Shown in pieces: positions 31,801 through 40,638 of a stretch of DNA of 64,000 bases. Numbering within the stretch: position 1 is the stretch's first letter; every line of letters begins with the position of its first letter. This DNA comes from Clostridiales bacterium (GTDB lineage Bacteria; Bacillota; Clostridia; Christensenellales; UBA1242). The stretch is from assembly GCA_918292005.1 (NCBI GenBank), contig CAKJZJ010000007.1, forward strand, positions 21,411 to 85,410, in the 5' to 3' direction. The translations under genes were made by a program, and so were the position numbers. The notes under the pieces were generated by a model. The model ran no database searches. It saw only the letters and a program-made list of their open reading frames with translations, and was not told where the DNA came from.

Positions 31801-34800
31801 ATTTCATAGTAATCAATGCTATTACCAATCCACAGGCTGCTATAGTATCAACTAGTCCAACACTTGTGGCAGAATATACCAATACAACCAATTTCTTTAA
31901 ACCTTTGACAGTAACCAATTACAAAGTCATAGATGGTATGTTGTCTTGGACAATCGCAAAATCTGAAATACAGGCATTCGTAGATGCTGTAGGCGAGATG
32001 ATAGATGGCGAGACTCCTAGATTTGAATTCCCAGAAGAAATTGATGCCGACACCACAGTAGGCAAAATAATGAATTTCGTTCACAATCATATAAATCTAG
32101 ATGTTGGCGATAGCAAACTAGAATCGCAGTTGGCACACCTGCTCAGATTTAGAATGATAGTTAATGGCGAAGAAGTGGTAGATTGTGCACCAGATGGTGT
32201 AGAATTATTGGATAGTAATGGTTTGGTTGTAGCGGCTAATAGCTTTAATGCCAATGCTATCAGATACTACTACAATGTAGGAGTAGATCCAGAAGTAGAG
32301 TCGGTAGACGAAAACGAAGTTGGCGCTCATGCCGGTTTCTACAATATTCAAGTAGGAACACAGGGCAATAGTGATAATACTGCTCCTGTTATCAATAGTA
32401 CATATAGTACATCACTTCAAGCATACAAACCACTCACTCCAAAGACTTGGCTCAGTGATGGTGCAGATATTAGAAAGGGTAGTGTACAATGGGGACTAGT
32501 AGCAACAACATTCAATGACGTTACACAGAATTGGAATTACTACCACAATTATAGAATTACTGCTATTGCACAAGAAGGCGACGATAGAGCAGTAAAACTA
32601 GTAGACATTGCAGATACAGTAATAGATCCACTATTAGATCCAGCATTAGCAGACAATAATACCAATTTAACTGGTGACTATACATATAAAAGAGCAATAC
32701 TTGGCGACCTATTCACAATGAGTGGCAATGCAGGTAATGTTCTCAGATACAATACAATGTACTCTATCTGGATCAATACCGTAGGTACTGCCGATTCCGA
32801 TTTATTGGGTGCTAATGAGACCATTTATCTCAATAGTAACTATTGCTCTTATGAAGAAGACGTGGACGTATTGCAAGTATCTCAAGGTGTGGCTGTTAGA
32901 GATAGCAAACTTACTTGGGAGACAGCATACGGCTCTACATCTACCAAAGTATTTATCTATGGACCATTCGATTATTTATTGAATCAAAATGGTAGTGATT
33001 ATTACATTGATGGCGAAAATAAAGTCATATTCAAAGATGGTAGAGATGACGAGTCGGAGATCAATGCTAAATATAATCTAACAGAGATATACAATGCATA
33101 CTTTACCGAAGCAAACAATCTAAATAATGAATTAATAGAAAAAGCAAAATTATTGCACATTGTAGATTTCCCTGTTGACGAGACGGGCGAGAGATCTACC
33201 GAGTACACCATATCCGATTTAATCAATCGTGGTGAAAATGTATATGGTGCAGGTGGTTATGTCATTCGTCTACAAGAGATGGGTAATGACAGGGGTATCA
33301 TAGATAGTGTAATTTCCCAGAATTATATCGCAAATAAACTAGATATGATGACTCAGGTAACCAATGGTATTTGGCTAAATGCTAATGGACAATTCGCATG
33401 GAATGCCGTACCATATGCCAATAGATATAAAGTTGTATATTGTTCAGTTCCTGTGGAAGTTGGCGAAGATGAAGAGCCTACAGTACAAGAATTATCCGAA
33501 GAGATTGTAAGCACTACATACTATGAGCCACAGAGTGGAACTAGATTCAATCAAGATGGATATAATTATTACATTACAGTATATGCATATAGATATACCA
33601 CATCTGGTGGTACAGAAGCACCAGAAGATTGGTTCTTCTATGGAGACCATAGAGACACTATTGCATATCCTAGACTATTTATTCCTGCCGATCTAACTAT
33701 ATACAATAATGGTAGAATCACATGGAATAATGCTACCGATTACGATAAGATCAGGGGATACATGGTACAATTCAACTGGATTGTAGAAGAAGTACTAGAT
33801 AGTACATCGGATAGAGAGATATTCGAATTGCGTACCGAATCCAATGTATCCAAATACAATGCTGCACATGGTGATCAGGCTGGCTCTATTAGAATCAGAG
33901 TAAAAGCCCTACCTAGCATGCCAGATTACAAATATATCGTAAGTAGTTATACAGATGCTATGGATGTAACTAGACTATCCGATCCATACGCTAGACTGGT
34001 AAATGGTGTATTCAGTTGGGGACTAGTATCTACCGATGGTAACGAAACCATTGATGTAGACCCTATTACAAATTCATTACTATACATCAATGATAGTGCA
34101 GATCCTATTGAGATAGTTCATACCATACATGCTACAGGCGAGAGTGGAGAAGAAACGGGTGAAATTATCAAAATTCCTGCTAATTATCCATTATTTACTC
34201 GTCCAGAAGATCTAGATGATCTATATGATTATAGCGATGAGATGAATACATATCCTACAGGCGAATATACATTCAGAGTTCAATTCGAAGGTTCTGGTGG
34301 TCCTGTTGGAACGGCTCTTAATAATACTGATGCATTCTATATCGCATCTAATGAAAAGGGACTCACAGCAACCAAACTCCATGCTCCAAATGTATTGCAG
34401 GAGAATAGTACGAGTGAATTTGCAAATCATGATACAAACTTCATTTACTGGGCTCCAGTAAATCATGCTTGTGGTTATAGAGTATATGTAGTAAGTACCG
34501 ATCAAGAAGGTAATGTAACTACTACAACCGAAGAAATATTCGCAGAATTGCTAGCAGAGGTTAGACTCGGTCAGATACCAGAAGGCTGTAACTTCTACTA
34601 CTTGCCAGGGGCAACCGAGTATATCGGATTTAGACTAGACGATAGTATTAGTAATACCGTTCAAGAGAATGGTGGTGTAGTAAAAGTATACGTACAGACC
34701 ATAGGTAGTATGGATACACCTACATTCAATGCTCAAGGACAACAAACCAATACATTGTATTTGAGTAGTAGTTATTCTAATGCAAAAGTATTCGAGACTC

Positions 34801-36608
34801 CACCTAAAGTACAGGCTATTAGATTTAATGAAAGTACTGGTGTATTCTCATGGACATGGAATGAAGAAAGAGACGAGTACGAAGATTACTATGTATCTAG
34901 CGACTATGATATCAGAATCGCTATGAATTATAGAGTATCTGCTGTTACAACTGCAGAAATGGCATATTGGATTGATTCGGCCGACAGTATTACTGGTGCA
35001 AATGCAGTAGGTGGTGGTAATCATCCATATCCAAGTATTGCAAAACGTACAGTCAATGCAACTGAGACCAGCGCAGGTAGTGGTATCTACAATCTACAAG
35101 TAGAAGATATCGTAATACTATTCCACGACGATCTTGGCAATACATACACTTCATCATTCAGTAATGACATATTGTGGTATAATTATACTCTAACATCTGT
35201 TGGATCCAACTACACATTCACAATCTATGCATTTGCTGGTGGGTATTCTTCCGATCATTATACCAATAATGTATCATATCACTTCATGCCATTTACTTCG
35301 GGTGATGGCTCTGAGAATAATCCATATCATGTAGATAGTTATGCACAACTCAATAATGTAAGACTATTCCCAGATAGAGATTATTTGATTACATCAGATA
35401 TCGACTTTAAGCGTGATGAGACACAAAATTACTTCCGTGCGATCGAAGCATTCTCTGGTAATATTACAGGTGCCGAATTGCCTGACGGAAATGGTGGTAC
35501 TAGACCAGTTAAATTCAAAAATGTTGCTTATGCAATAGTAACATATGGTACTGGTGTCAATACTCAGCCAGTCAGTGCATTCATCTATGAGAATACAGGT
35601 AATATTACAGGTATCGACTTTGAGATGAATCACACTATTACATCTTCTAATTCTAGTTATCCAGGATTTGAGATATATGTAGCAACAGTTGCTGCACTCA
35701 ACTATGGAGAGATTAGTAATATCAATATTAAAGGCGCAGATGTAGGCGTAGGTATGATAGTCAATCCAGGTGCTGGTAGAATAGTACTAGGTGGTGTAGT
35801 TGCTATCAACCATGCAAATATCATGAATGTTACAGTAAAAGATATTGTTATCACAGCAATGGATAATAATAGCAGTGCTACATATGCCGGTGGTATCGTA
35901 GCATACATGGAAAGTGGTATTATTCAAGATGTTACATTCGACGGCTCTATTAGATCCAATTTCGTAGCAGGTATTGCTACAGAAGTACGTGATGGTATGA
36001 TAGACAGAGCAGTAGTAGGTGGTAATGCTGTTATTACTACTACAGACAAGTCTGGCTCAGGCTCATTCAAATCTATTGCTCCATCTGTGGGTGGTATGGT
36101 TGCTAGAGCTACTGCAGGTAGTGGCAAGACTATCATTATTGAGAATTCATACTCTCAAGCACATATTGTGGTAGAACAACACAAGAAAGGCAACGTAAAT
36201 AAGGCTGTATTCACTGTAGGTGGTCTAGCTGGATACGTAAATGCAGTTGGTTCGGTTGTTATCGACAATATTTACATAGTACTCAATATTACAATCAATC
36301 AGATAGATGATGGTAGTGCAAATGTATTCAAAGATGATGTATATGTATATAATCTATTCTCACAGGGTAGCAATGCTCCTACTGTAGGAGATGTATACTA
36401 TTACGTATTATCAACATCTCAAGAAGGAACAGACAATACAAATCGTCAAATTGTTCCACAGTCGGGCTCAACAGCCGATTTCAATTTGGCATGGGAGAGC
36501 ACAGTAATGTTGATAACCGAAGCAGGTGAAAATGTGTTTAAATGGGAAAAAGACCAGACAAATACATATTATCTAACACCATATCCTGTACTTAATGATA
36601 TTGTATAA
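25839..36608 (+). CDS. Giant surface lipoprotein (3589 aa) with many Fn3-like modules and a C-terminal GLUG-motif beta-helix-like region
   Basis: The signal peptide has the lipobox LLLASAFITAC. A module signature recurs at least 15 times, for example GEISWDPI, NIMWRPVEGVEYYDI, FTWTAIPGATGYRYCI, LVWSSIATGTSYTVKYW, YLYWNPVEYANMYLI, MISWEEVDGAYSYRVTVY, QFAWNAVPYANRYKVVY and FIYWAPVNHACGYRVYVV. The C-terminal roughly 430 aa begin GDGSENNPYHVDSYAQLNNV and carry GLUG-type repeats (GGIVAYMESG, GGMVARA, GGLAGYV, IENSYSQA). Confidence 0.85.
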   Translation: MKKVKTILTSILLLLASAFITACSCSEEADITHIYAQKMTIECVGEADKFNPRDEGGTLTLDANVGDVFQIRYSLTPVDTTDTKVTWDVSDKTYLAPENESVWSYTKSISEDVSFRVKNYSTTDATKNRITLTFRAIKGAKDLYYEERVIVNIYPRAENKPTLSAPVGLKYDGAKGEISWDPITTVITSTGETILADRENGAAKGLLGYTLKITNYETNETKDVTIGNRTQVKYNIHELKDDNNKEFIVPGKTYGFSVLASADGRNAVMGDRSAEFKFHQIPIPEIVDTDDRHVSSGVIPVKNASYNTANNALTMKTIVSYGKFNNEIQKKEFDTTSGIFNVDVKTFFNYDNFNQFNISMATYPSGYFENSDNNGRRYQDLGYIIGETTGGIKNVHIYPSLECKMLYDTENQKVVTGTATSATLLELPIEKFEVPSIEILNREGTCAIDWKVSGNNKHTEFEDSALSSVLHFSNTRTPAYNAYQTQYLVEIFNDSQVKVYSQRIAGESVELNSLPLDKNGGNYIVKVSRVGNERLVIGSAVKEFSFYYLGALGAIDGQWYIENGNTLAIADSFAISGVELYFLDQSYGIYGDTTDDSTKIRLGLTSNYETSLDLSLAGLPAGTYQVFGRYLGIYDDDDNNNIVCTATGGILTEESFNSPLFTFTVTAPIADNYVESSGNIMWRPVEGVEYYDIILGYRRDKNEELKKIATIRVSVRDAVDDYLHAHAVSVTNSETHVTTITNYYINISELVDLLVTTPDEPAGSIIDKALGLQGIAPVMMLNSNAQFNYSIIAKGADAVGNIPMRVDSIATRSVKFGMVEPTGNKLLANATFNKSETGSALEPDAYVLSFEVPESYSENQRIMLGLRIEEKQDGEVISSVTYWTGSLPLSDYRDAIDENIRKIALNNEQLILGNNNYAYFHRMIPRDSERYNVAIIVKTIGTRGQATQVGWLDNETFTYFNAVSETPDTLAVTNEGILTWNTTATATTDAPSADVKYLVRFYVEDDNVPANLVEDVTLRRIVSQSEDGGEYSYSLDVGSAISSKYTGKNVTIKVQEIVDSATFTGPESAGLVVVKLATPVVTRVATDKTFTWTAIPGATGYRYCIMGENEPVIGETTNTTFTIDAVMTPGEYTFTVVAMSDVAGVVYSEASSATSGAFVVLSGEITCVVNETSLVWSSIATGTSYTVKYWIEDDPEHGIDHPWIEELGVDVTELNVDQLFENGQTYKVQITPHVNWLNGAYAIESAISLSSQSITRTEGLGVGAIDTHDGVLVVTAPSTQEYTLQLYEYNAGAYDPIIIDAENDIVHEDDSSVYTIYLRNITPGAHTIHIRLAQENLVTSRLSNGANITKIGQVVVTGNDSEKLIKDGEYLYWNPVEYANMYLIKSMNGDTLVGQTNVMVRYDGTTYVAYDYCDLTTMTFLSVNQTSYFDTDTETLRVPVPGVDDDLGEHEIIIYNIVDYVNGRIKFYFDEDIFIDDCTGVFTISITPTVIDDLNIAYPSLKLINGQPATMDNTITKLNANLTAGVENGRVVFYTMANDPETNESVKVYNYVADTTESGEAASPVAIYYEIRRYTIEEVQPEDPEADPVSTRVYDDNNTITGVYSNSATWTSLNVTNVNTIDGDLVAISLNTNGSDLDVGMYEVRWVVAGDGNYILAASGNPIGALILGGVNRYNTLNDPVEKLETVVINTYQGEISWSSANELNNNNVYIVNITSSDESENYTIYVPATNVDSEEIEGEQEGDPSTYRFTLTEDKLVYMDENEDEQLFVFEPNKLYTIKVMVTATGKINSQWSQNFNVKKLLAPTNTRITLLDWDTNDTNSMNVVPVVLYTNSNTVATPLKLQVLYGTDSLRPALGFDRSNASYKMKLDTTLDLGNTTIKLRYLGNTTVGTNNVGLLTSSFTQGEDLTYVADVASVVVNNGMISWEEVDGAYSYRVTVYTKAQYSAYISYLSGGAKPVAKLEKYTTGTTYDLTADGIATSLNESGGYFIVINAITNPQAAIVSTSPTLVAEYTNTTNFFKPLTVTNYKVIDGMLSWTIAKSEIQAFVDAVGEMIDGETPRFEFPEEIDADTTVGKIMNFVHNHINLDVGDSKLESQLAHLLRFRMIVNGEEVVDCAPDGVELLDSNGLVVAANSFNANAIRYYYNVGVDPEVESVDENEVGAHAGFYNIQVGTQGNSDNTAPVINSTYSTSLQAYKPLTPKTWLSDGADIRKGSVQWGLVATTFNDVTQNWNYYHNYRITAIAQEGDDRAVKLVDIADTVIDPLLDPALADNNTNLTGDYTYKRAILGDLFTMSGNAGNVLRYNTMYSIWINTVGTADSDLLGANETIYLNSNYCSYEEDVDVLQVSQGVAVRDSKLTWETAYGSTSTKVFIYGPFDYLLNQNGSDYYIDGENKVIFKDGRDDESEINAKYNLTEIYNAYFTEANNLNNELIEKAKLLHIVDFPVDETGERSTEYTISDLINRGENVYGAGGYVIRLQEMGNDRGIIDSVISQNYIANKLDMMTQVTNGIWLNANGQFAWNAVPYANRYKVVYCSVPVEVGEDEEPTVQELSEEIVSTTYYEPQSGTRFNQDGYNYYITVYAYRYTTSGGTEAPEDWFFYGDHRDTIAYPRLFIPADLTIYNNGRITWNNATDYDKIRGYMVQFNWIVEEVLDSTSDREIFELRTESNVSKYNAAHGDQAGSIRIRVKALPSMPDYKYIVSSYTDAMDVTRLSDPYARLVNGVFSWGLVSTDGNETIDVDPITNSLLYINDSADPIEIVHTIHATGESGEETGEIIKIPANYPLFTRPEDLDDLYDYSDEMNTYPTGEYTFRVQFEGSGGPVGTALNNTDAFYIASNEKGLTATKLHAPNVLQENSTSEFANHDTNFIYWAPVNHACGYRVYVVSTDQEGNVTTTTEEIFAELLAEVRLGQIPEGCNFYYLPGATEYIGFRLDDSISNTVQENGGVVKVYVQTIGSMDTPTFNAQGQQTNTLYLSSSYSNAKVFETPPKVQAIRFNESTGVFSWTWNEERDEYEDYYVSSDYDIRIAMNYRVSAVTTAEMAYWIDSADSITGANAVGGGNHPYPSIAKRTVNATETSAGSGIYNLQVEDIVILFHDDLGNTYTSSFSNDILWYNYTLTSVGSNYTFTIYAFAGGYSSDHYTNNVSYHFMPFTSGDGSENNPYHVDSYAQLNNVRLFPDRDYLITSDIDFKRDETQNYFRAIEAFSGNITGAELPDGNGGTRPVKFKNVAYAIVTYGTGVNTQPVSAFIYENTGNITGIDFEMNHTITSSNSSYPGFEIYVATVAALNYGEISNINIKGADVGVGMIVNPGAGRIVLGGVVAINHANIMNVTVKDIVITAMDNNSSATYAGGIVAYMESGIIQDVTFDGSIRSNFVAGIATEVRDGMIDRAVVGGNAVITTTDKSGSGSFKSIAPSVGGMVARATAGSGKTIIIENSYSQAHIVVEQHKKGNVNKAVFTVGGLAGYVNAVGSVVIDNIYIVLNITINQIDDGSANVFKDDVYVYNLFSQGSNAPTVGDVYYYVLSTSQEGTDNTNRQIVPQSGSTADFNLAWESTVMLITEAGENVFKWEKDQTNTYYLTPYPVLNDIV

Positions 36609-36623
36609 AAACGCATAAAACCA

Positions 36624-36649
36624 GGGGAGATAGTGCAAAACTATCCCCC
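36624..36649 (+). terminator. Strong GC-rich hairpin without a T-tract between the giant gene and sipW (possible attenuator or processing site)
   Basis: GGGGAGATAGT-GCAA-ACTATCCCCC forms about a 10-bp stem with one bulge. No U-run follows. Confidence 0.3.
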
Positions 36650-36793
36650 TAGGTGAAATGCAAAAATGAATGAAAAAAATGGAAAAACCTTTAAAATGTA
36701 AACACTTATTCAAAGGACAAAAATATATGATAATTTTGGTAATAATAGTTCTTTACTATTGCTTCATATAAAAAATAAAACAAGGGAAAACAA

Positions 36794-37444
36794 ATGAGAT
36801 TTTTTAGACTGGAAAAAACTAATTATTTCAAAAGATTTGCTCTCGCAACCCTAAGGGGACTGCTCGTAGGTCTAATGGTTACGATAGCACTTATGCTCAT
36901 TATGGGCTACAAATTTATGATAGTATCATCTACATCTATGGAGCCAACATTACCTGTAGGTAGCATGGTCATAGTAACACCTATCAAATACGAAGACATT
37001 CATACTGGCGATATCGTAACCATGGATCTGAATGGCATCTATTTGACCCACAGAATTATGGGAAAAGTGAAAGTGGTAGACGATACAGAGATATTTGTAA
37101 CTGATGATAAAACTAGTGAGTATTACAACGAAGAAAATTACAATCTATATTGGAATGACCCTACATGTAGGTGGTTCACTAGGGGAGATGCTAGCAATAT
37201 ATCTAGCAATCCACTAGACAATCGAGATCCTACACACAATGCAGATAGGACTATCGGCAGAGTGGAAGAGAGACATTGTTTCACATGGCTAGGGGATTTC
37301 GTGCGTTATGCCAAAGCTAATTATGTAGTACTAGTGGTATTCGGCATACTAGTAATAGTAGCCGTAGAGACGGCATTGTATCTACGTAAAAGACTTTTAA
37401 AAGACGATATAGAATGCTATGAAACGGAAGAAGAGGACGAATAA
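36794..37444 (+). CDS. sipW: Signal peptidase I, SipW (eukaryotic/archaeal ER-type S26B) class
   Basis: N-terminal TM. The catalytic Ser motif is SSTSMEPTLPVGSMVIV, the His motif is YLTHRIMG, and TRGDASN follows. A C-terminal TM (VVLVVFGILVIVAVETALYL) is present as in B. subtilis SipW. Confidence 0.85.
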   Translation: MRFFRLEKTNYFKRFALATLRGLLVGLMVTIALMLIMGYKFMIVSSTSMEPTLPVGSMVIVTPIKYEDIHTGDIVTMDLNGIYLTHRIMGKVKVVDDTEIFVTDDKTSEYYNEENYNLYWNDPTCRWFTRGDASNISSNPLDNRDPTHNADRTIGRVEERHCFTWLGDFVRYAKANYVVLVVFGILVIVAVETALYLRKRLLKDDIECYETEEEDE

Positions 37445-38250
37445 TGAGAATAGAAGGAAGAAGGCACAATAGAGCATGGATCATGTATGTGGTAGCGATT
37501 TCGCTAGTACTGGTTCTTTTTAGTGGCATCTTCCTGACATACGCTTGGTTAAAAACTAGTATCACCGTTACCAATGACTCTTCTGGTGCAAATCCTATCA
37601 CCGATCCTACCACTCATCTAGGTAGTGTAGATGTGGAAATATGGTATGGTGGTAACAAGGTAAGTAGAGAAGATAATAATTCTATTACCATTACTTGCTC
37701 GGGATCGACGGCTACTAGGACTATGAATCTAGCAGTAAGGAATATGGGTACAGTAGATGCACTTGTTAGAGCCACTATATCCATATATTACCTAGATGCA
37801 AATAATAATAAGGTAACATACCTACTTTTGAATAGTCCAACTGCCGAAAATCAATGTGCAATAACCAATACTGGTTGGGTAAATAATCTAGCAGGAAATA
37901 ATGTTGTGGTTAGTGGATACATGTTCTACAATGATAGAGTGCATCCATATAAAGAAAAAGATGTAGACCATACGGCTAATGGTGGTGTAGTAAATGCTGC
38001 ACACGAAGTAACAATAATATCGCAGGTGGTATTGGATAGTGGGAGTGCTACAAAGACATTCTATATAGATGTAAAAGTAGATGCTTGTGCTTATGCCGGT
38101 AATATATACCAAAAAATCGAAGCAAACGAGACTAATTCTAGTCAGATACCTGTGTCTGCCTATCCATTTGGACCAAAGGAAAACTTGCCAGTAGCATGGA
38201 CTGCATGGCAAAGGGGAGCTAGTCAAGGTGACCATACTTTAAATACATAG
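37444..38250 (+). CDS. TasA/camelysin-like secreted protein with a SipW-type signal junction (paralog 1 of 4)
   Basis: The start overlaps the sipW stop. A basic N-terminus, hydrophobic core and the junction LTYAWLKTSITVTND compare with TasA GTWAAFND. A later motif is ALVRATISIYY. Confidence 0.5.
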   Translation: MRIEGRRHNRAWIMYVVAISLVLVLFSGIFLTYAWLKTSITVTNDSSGANPITDPTTHLGSVDVEIWYGGNKVSREDNNSITITCSGSTATRTMNLAVRNMGTVDALVRATISIYYLDANNNKVTYLLLNSPTAENQCAITNTGWVNNLAGNNVVVSGYMFYNDRVHPYKEKDVDHTANGGVVNAAHEVTIISQVVLDSGSATKTFYIDVKVDACAYAGNIYQKIEANETNSSQIPVSAYPFGPKENLPVAWTAWQRGASQGDHTLNT

Positions 38251-38262
38251 GGGAATTACAAT

Positions 38263-38907
38263 ATGAGAAGGAAAAAGGATACAATATGGGGGTTAATATT
38301 TAGAACGACATTCGTGTCGTTACTCTTTGTTGCTGTCATATCGCTATTCGTCAATCCTACATCATCGTGGTTTAGAGATATCACTGTAACGTCTAATGAG
38401 CCTACCTTACTGGTTGTGGGTACTATTAGACTTGAGACTGTTACCAATTTCAATTATTACAATCTTACTCTTGCCCCAGATACAATATATACTAGGGACA
38501 ATAGCAATTCCGATATAGCCACTTATGTGCGAACACACTCCGACAATGATATTTTGGATGTATTCGTTCGTATCAAATTTATTACCAATAGGTCGGAACT
38601 TACACTATATTTTGCCGATGGACAAACCACGACAGCGAGTTCCTATTCGTCGGCTTGTAATAATAAATGGTACTACAATAGTGCCGATCAATATTGGTAC
38701 TATATAGGGACTATCAATCAAACATATACCAAATTTAATGCTGGTTACGCAGTAGATAATACACTGACTAATGCAAAGGCAAATGCGCCAGTAGAAATAA
38801 CATTTATATTTGAAGGTCTGCAAAAACCATACGGGGCATACCATACAGAATGGCCAAATGCTCCTGCTGTATTTACAGGCTATGCAAGTACTGTCACTGG
38901 TGCGTAA
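38263..38907 (+). CDS. TasA/camelysin-like secreted protein (paralog 2 of 4)
   Basis: N-terminal signal with the junction NPTSSWFRDITVTSNEPTLLVVGTIRLE. Later motifs are VFVRIKFITN and FIFEGLQKP. Confidence 0.5.
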   Translation: MRRKKDTIWGLIFRTTFVSLLFVAVISLFVNPTSSWFRDITVTSNEPTLLVVGTIRLETVTNFNYYNLTLAPDTIYTRDNSNSDIATYVRTHSDNDILDVFVRIKFITNRSELTLYFADGQTTTASSYSSACNNKWYYNSADQYWYYIGTINQTYTKFNAGYAVDNTLTNAKANAPVEITFIFEGLQKPYGAYHTEWPNAPAVFTGYASTVTGA

Positions 38908-38918
38908 AGGAGAATAAT

Positions 38919-39710
38919 ATGCAAAAGAAAAGTAGCATCGAACTTAAGAAAAAGATACAAGTACAAAATATGATAATTATGGCACTTGCGATAATAATTG
39001 TAGTACTAATGGCAATATCTGGTACTGCTGCCTGGTATATTCGTACCAAGTCAGACTCGGCAGATATTATTCTTTCCAATCCAGTCAATATCTACATAAC
39101 CGAATTTGAAGAAATGACAGATGGTTCTGGGCATCAGATACTAGATAGCAATGGCAATCCAGTACTCAATCACGTAACTACCGAAGATATACTCGAAGGG
39201 TACAATTCTAGGATATATCCCGGGGATAATATAAAATTGAAATTGGGTATGCAATTAGGCTCTAGACAGGAGCCATCATCTCCAGCATACGTCAGAGTAA
39301 AACTATCTATCGCATGGACGAAAATAAGTACCGGTGAACAATTACAACTCAGCGACCTGGCTCAAGACAATATGATTACTTATAAAGATAAACCTAATGA
39401 AGAAAATTGGAAATTGCTAGATTTCAATAAATATTCTACCGAAGAAGATGCTACACCAGACTACTGGTATGTATATAAGACAATTACCAATGGTCAGGAA
39501 ACGGCTAGAATAGCGAGATCTCTAGAGCAAATAGAATTCCTAAATGGATTTATCAATCTAAACAAACAAGAAATAACAAATGCACAAGCAAATTGTAAAT
39601 TAACAATTAATTATATAGTAGAAGCAATCCAGGTGCCTAATGTACCCGATCCAATCGCTGAAGAAGGCAAAGGACCATGGTGGCATTATGCACTAGGAGA
39701 CACCGACTAA
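38919..39710 (+). CDS. TasA/camelysin-like secreted protein (paralog 3 of 4)
   Basis: The start is placed at the ATG after AAAGGAGAATAAT. The signal has the junction SGTAAWYIRTKSDSAD. Later motifs are YPGDNIKLKL, AYVRVKLSIAW and NYIVEAIQVPN. Confidence 0.5.
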   Translation: MQKKSSIELKKKIQVQNMIIMALAIIIVVLMAISGTAAWYIRTKSDSADIILSNPVNIYITEFEEMTDGSGHQILDSNGNPVLNHVTTEDILEGYNSRIYPGDNIKLKLGMQLGSRQEPSSPAYVRVKLSIAWTKISTGEQLQLSDLAQDNMITYKDKPNEENWKLLDFNKYSTEEDATPDYWYVYKTITNGQETARIARSLEQIEFLNGFINLNKQEITNAQANCKLTINYIVEAIQVPNVPDPIAEEGKGPWWHYALGDTD

Positions 39711-39758
39711 AAAGAATAATAGCATAGCAAAAATAATAAAATAAAGGAGGTAAAACTT

Positions 39759-40628
39759 TTGGCAGATTACGATCCATATCATAATAATGGCAATAATAAT
39801 GTTAATAATAGCAACAATAATGGCAGTAATAATCAATATAGACCACCAGATAGGTCTATAAATGTAACACAGCCGAGACGTGAATCCTCCATAGATGCTA
39901 GCCGTGTCAGTGCCTATACCATGCGTGAGCAACAGGCACTAGAACGACTAAAAAAGACGGTGGGCAATCCTAATCAAAGAGAAAATAGGATGTCTCATCT
40001 AAAGACAATTATAGCAATTATACTCATTCTACTATTGCTAGCACTGGCCGTAGTATTTATATTCCTAATAGGCAAAGCCGATCCTAATAGGATATTGCAG
40101 TATGATATACGTATCAGTATGCAGATAGAGAATAAATCGGCATTGAGTGTGCTAACCAGTGATGGTAGAGAGCAATTAAGAGAAATCAATCCAGGGGATA
40201 CGGTGCCACTACGTGCATCTATCCGTAATGCTAATGAATTCTATGGTGATGAGAATACCGATGATGGTACACCACCACCAATATTTGTTAGATTTAAACT
40301 AGTACTAGTGCTAGACTATGAAGAGCGCTATGATGTGCTAATACCTGCTATGAATGAGACTCTGTGGTATAGTTATCCTTATGACGATCCTAGGAGTGAT
40401 CATTACTATTACTATGCAGGTACAGTATATTTCCAACAATCAGAAGAATTATTCTCAGCCATCACATTCGATGGGGAGTCGCTATTCTGTGAAGATGGTG
40501 GCAAGTATGGTCAGATACAAGTAATGGTAGAATCCATAGAAGCGAATATCAACTCAATTATGAGTGAAGGTATATGGCAGTCTGCTCCTAATGAGTGGAG
40601 AAACGTAATGTACAATCTAGAGTATTAA
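39759..40628 (+). CDS. Membrane-anchored TasA-like paralog (4 of 4) with an Asn-rich cytoplasmic N-terminal extension
   Basis: TTG start 7 nt after AAGGAGG. About 80 aa of Asn/Gln-rich sequence (NNGNNNVNNSNNNGSNNQ) precede the TM IIAIILILLLLALAVVFIFLIG. The ectodomain carries INPGDTVPLRASIRN, IFVRFKLVL and IQVMVESIEAN, which parallel motifs of the three preceding ORFs. Confidence 0.45.
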   Translation: MADYDPYHNNGNNNVNNSNNNGSNNQYRPPDRSINVTQPRRESSIDASRVSAYTMREQQALERLKKTVGNPNQRENRMSHLKTIIAIILILLLLALAVVFIFLIGKADPNRILQYDIRISMQIENKSALSVLTSDGREQLREINPGDTVPLRASIRNANEFYGDENTDDGTPPPIFVRFKLVLVLDYEERYDVLIPAMNETLWYSYPYDDPRSDHYYYYAGTVYFQQSEELFSAITFDGESLFCEDGGKYGQIQVMVESIEANINSIMSEGIWQSAPNEWRNVMYNLEY

Positions 40629-40638
40629 AAGGTAAAAT

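Noticed and set aside
26454-36136. Numerous 60-160 aa minus-strand ORFs inside the giant gene, and similar antisense ORFs inside gyrA, gyrB, serS and the 14175 gene
   Set aside because: They lie entirely antisense to long, motif-supported CDSs. They lack RBSs and have low-complexity Ser/Ile/Leu-rich translations typical of shadow ORFs.
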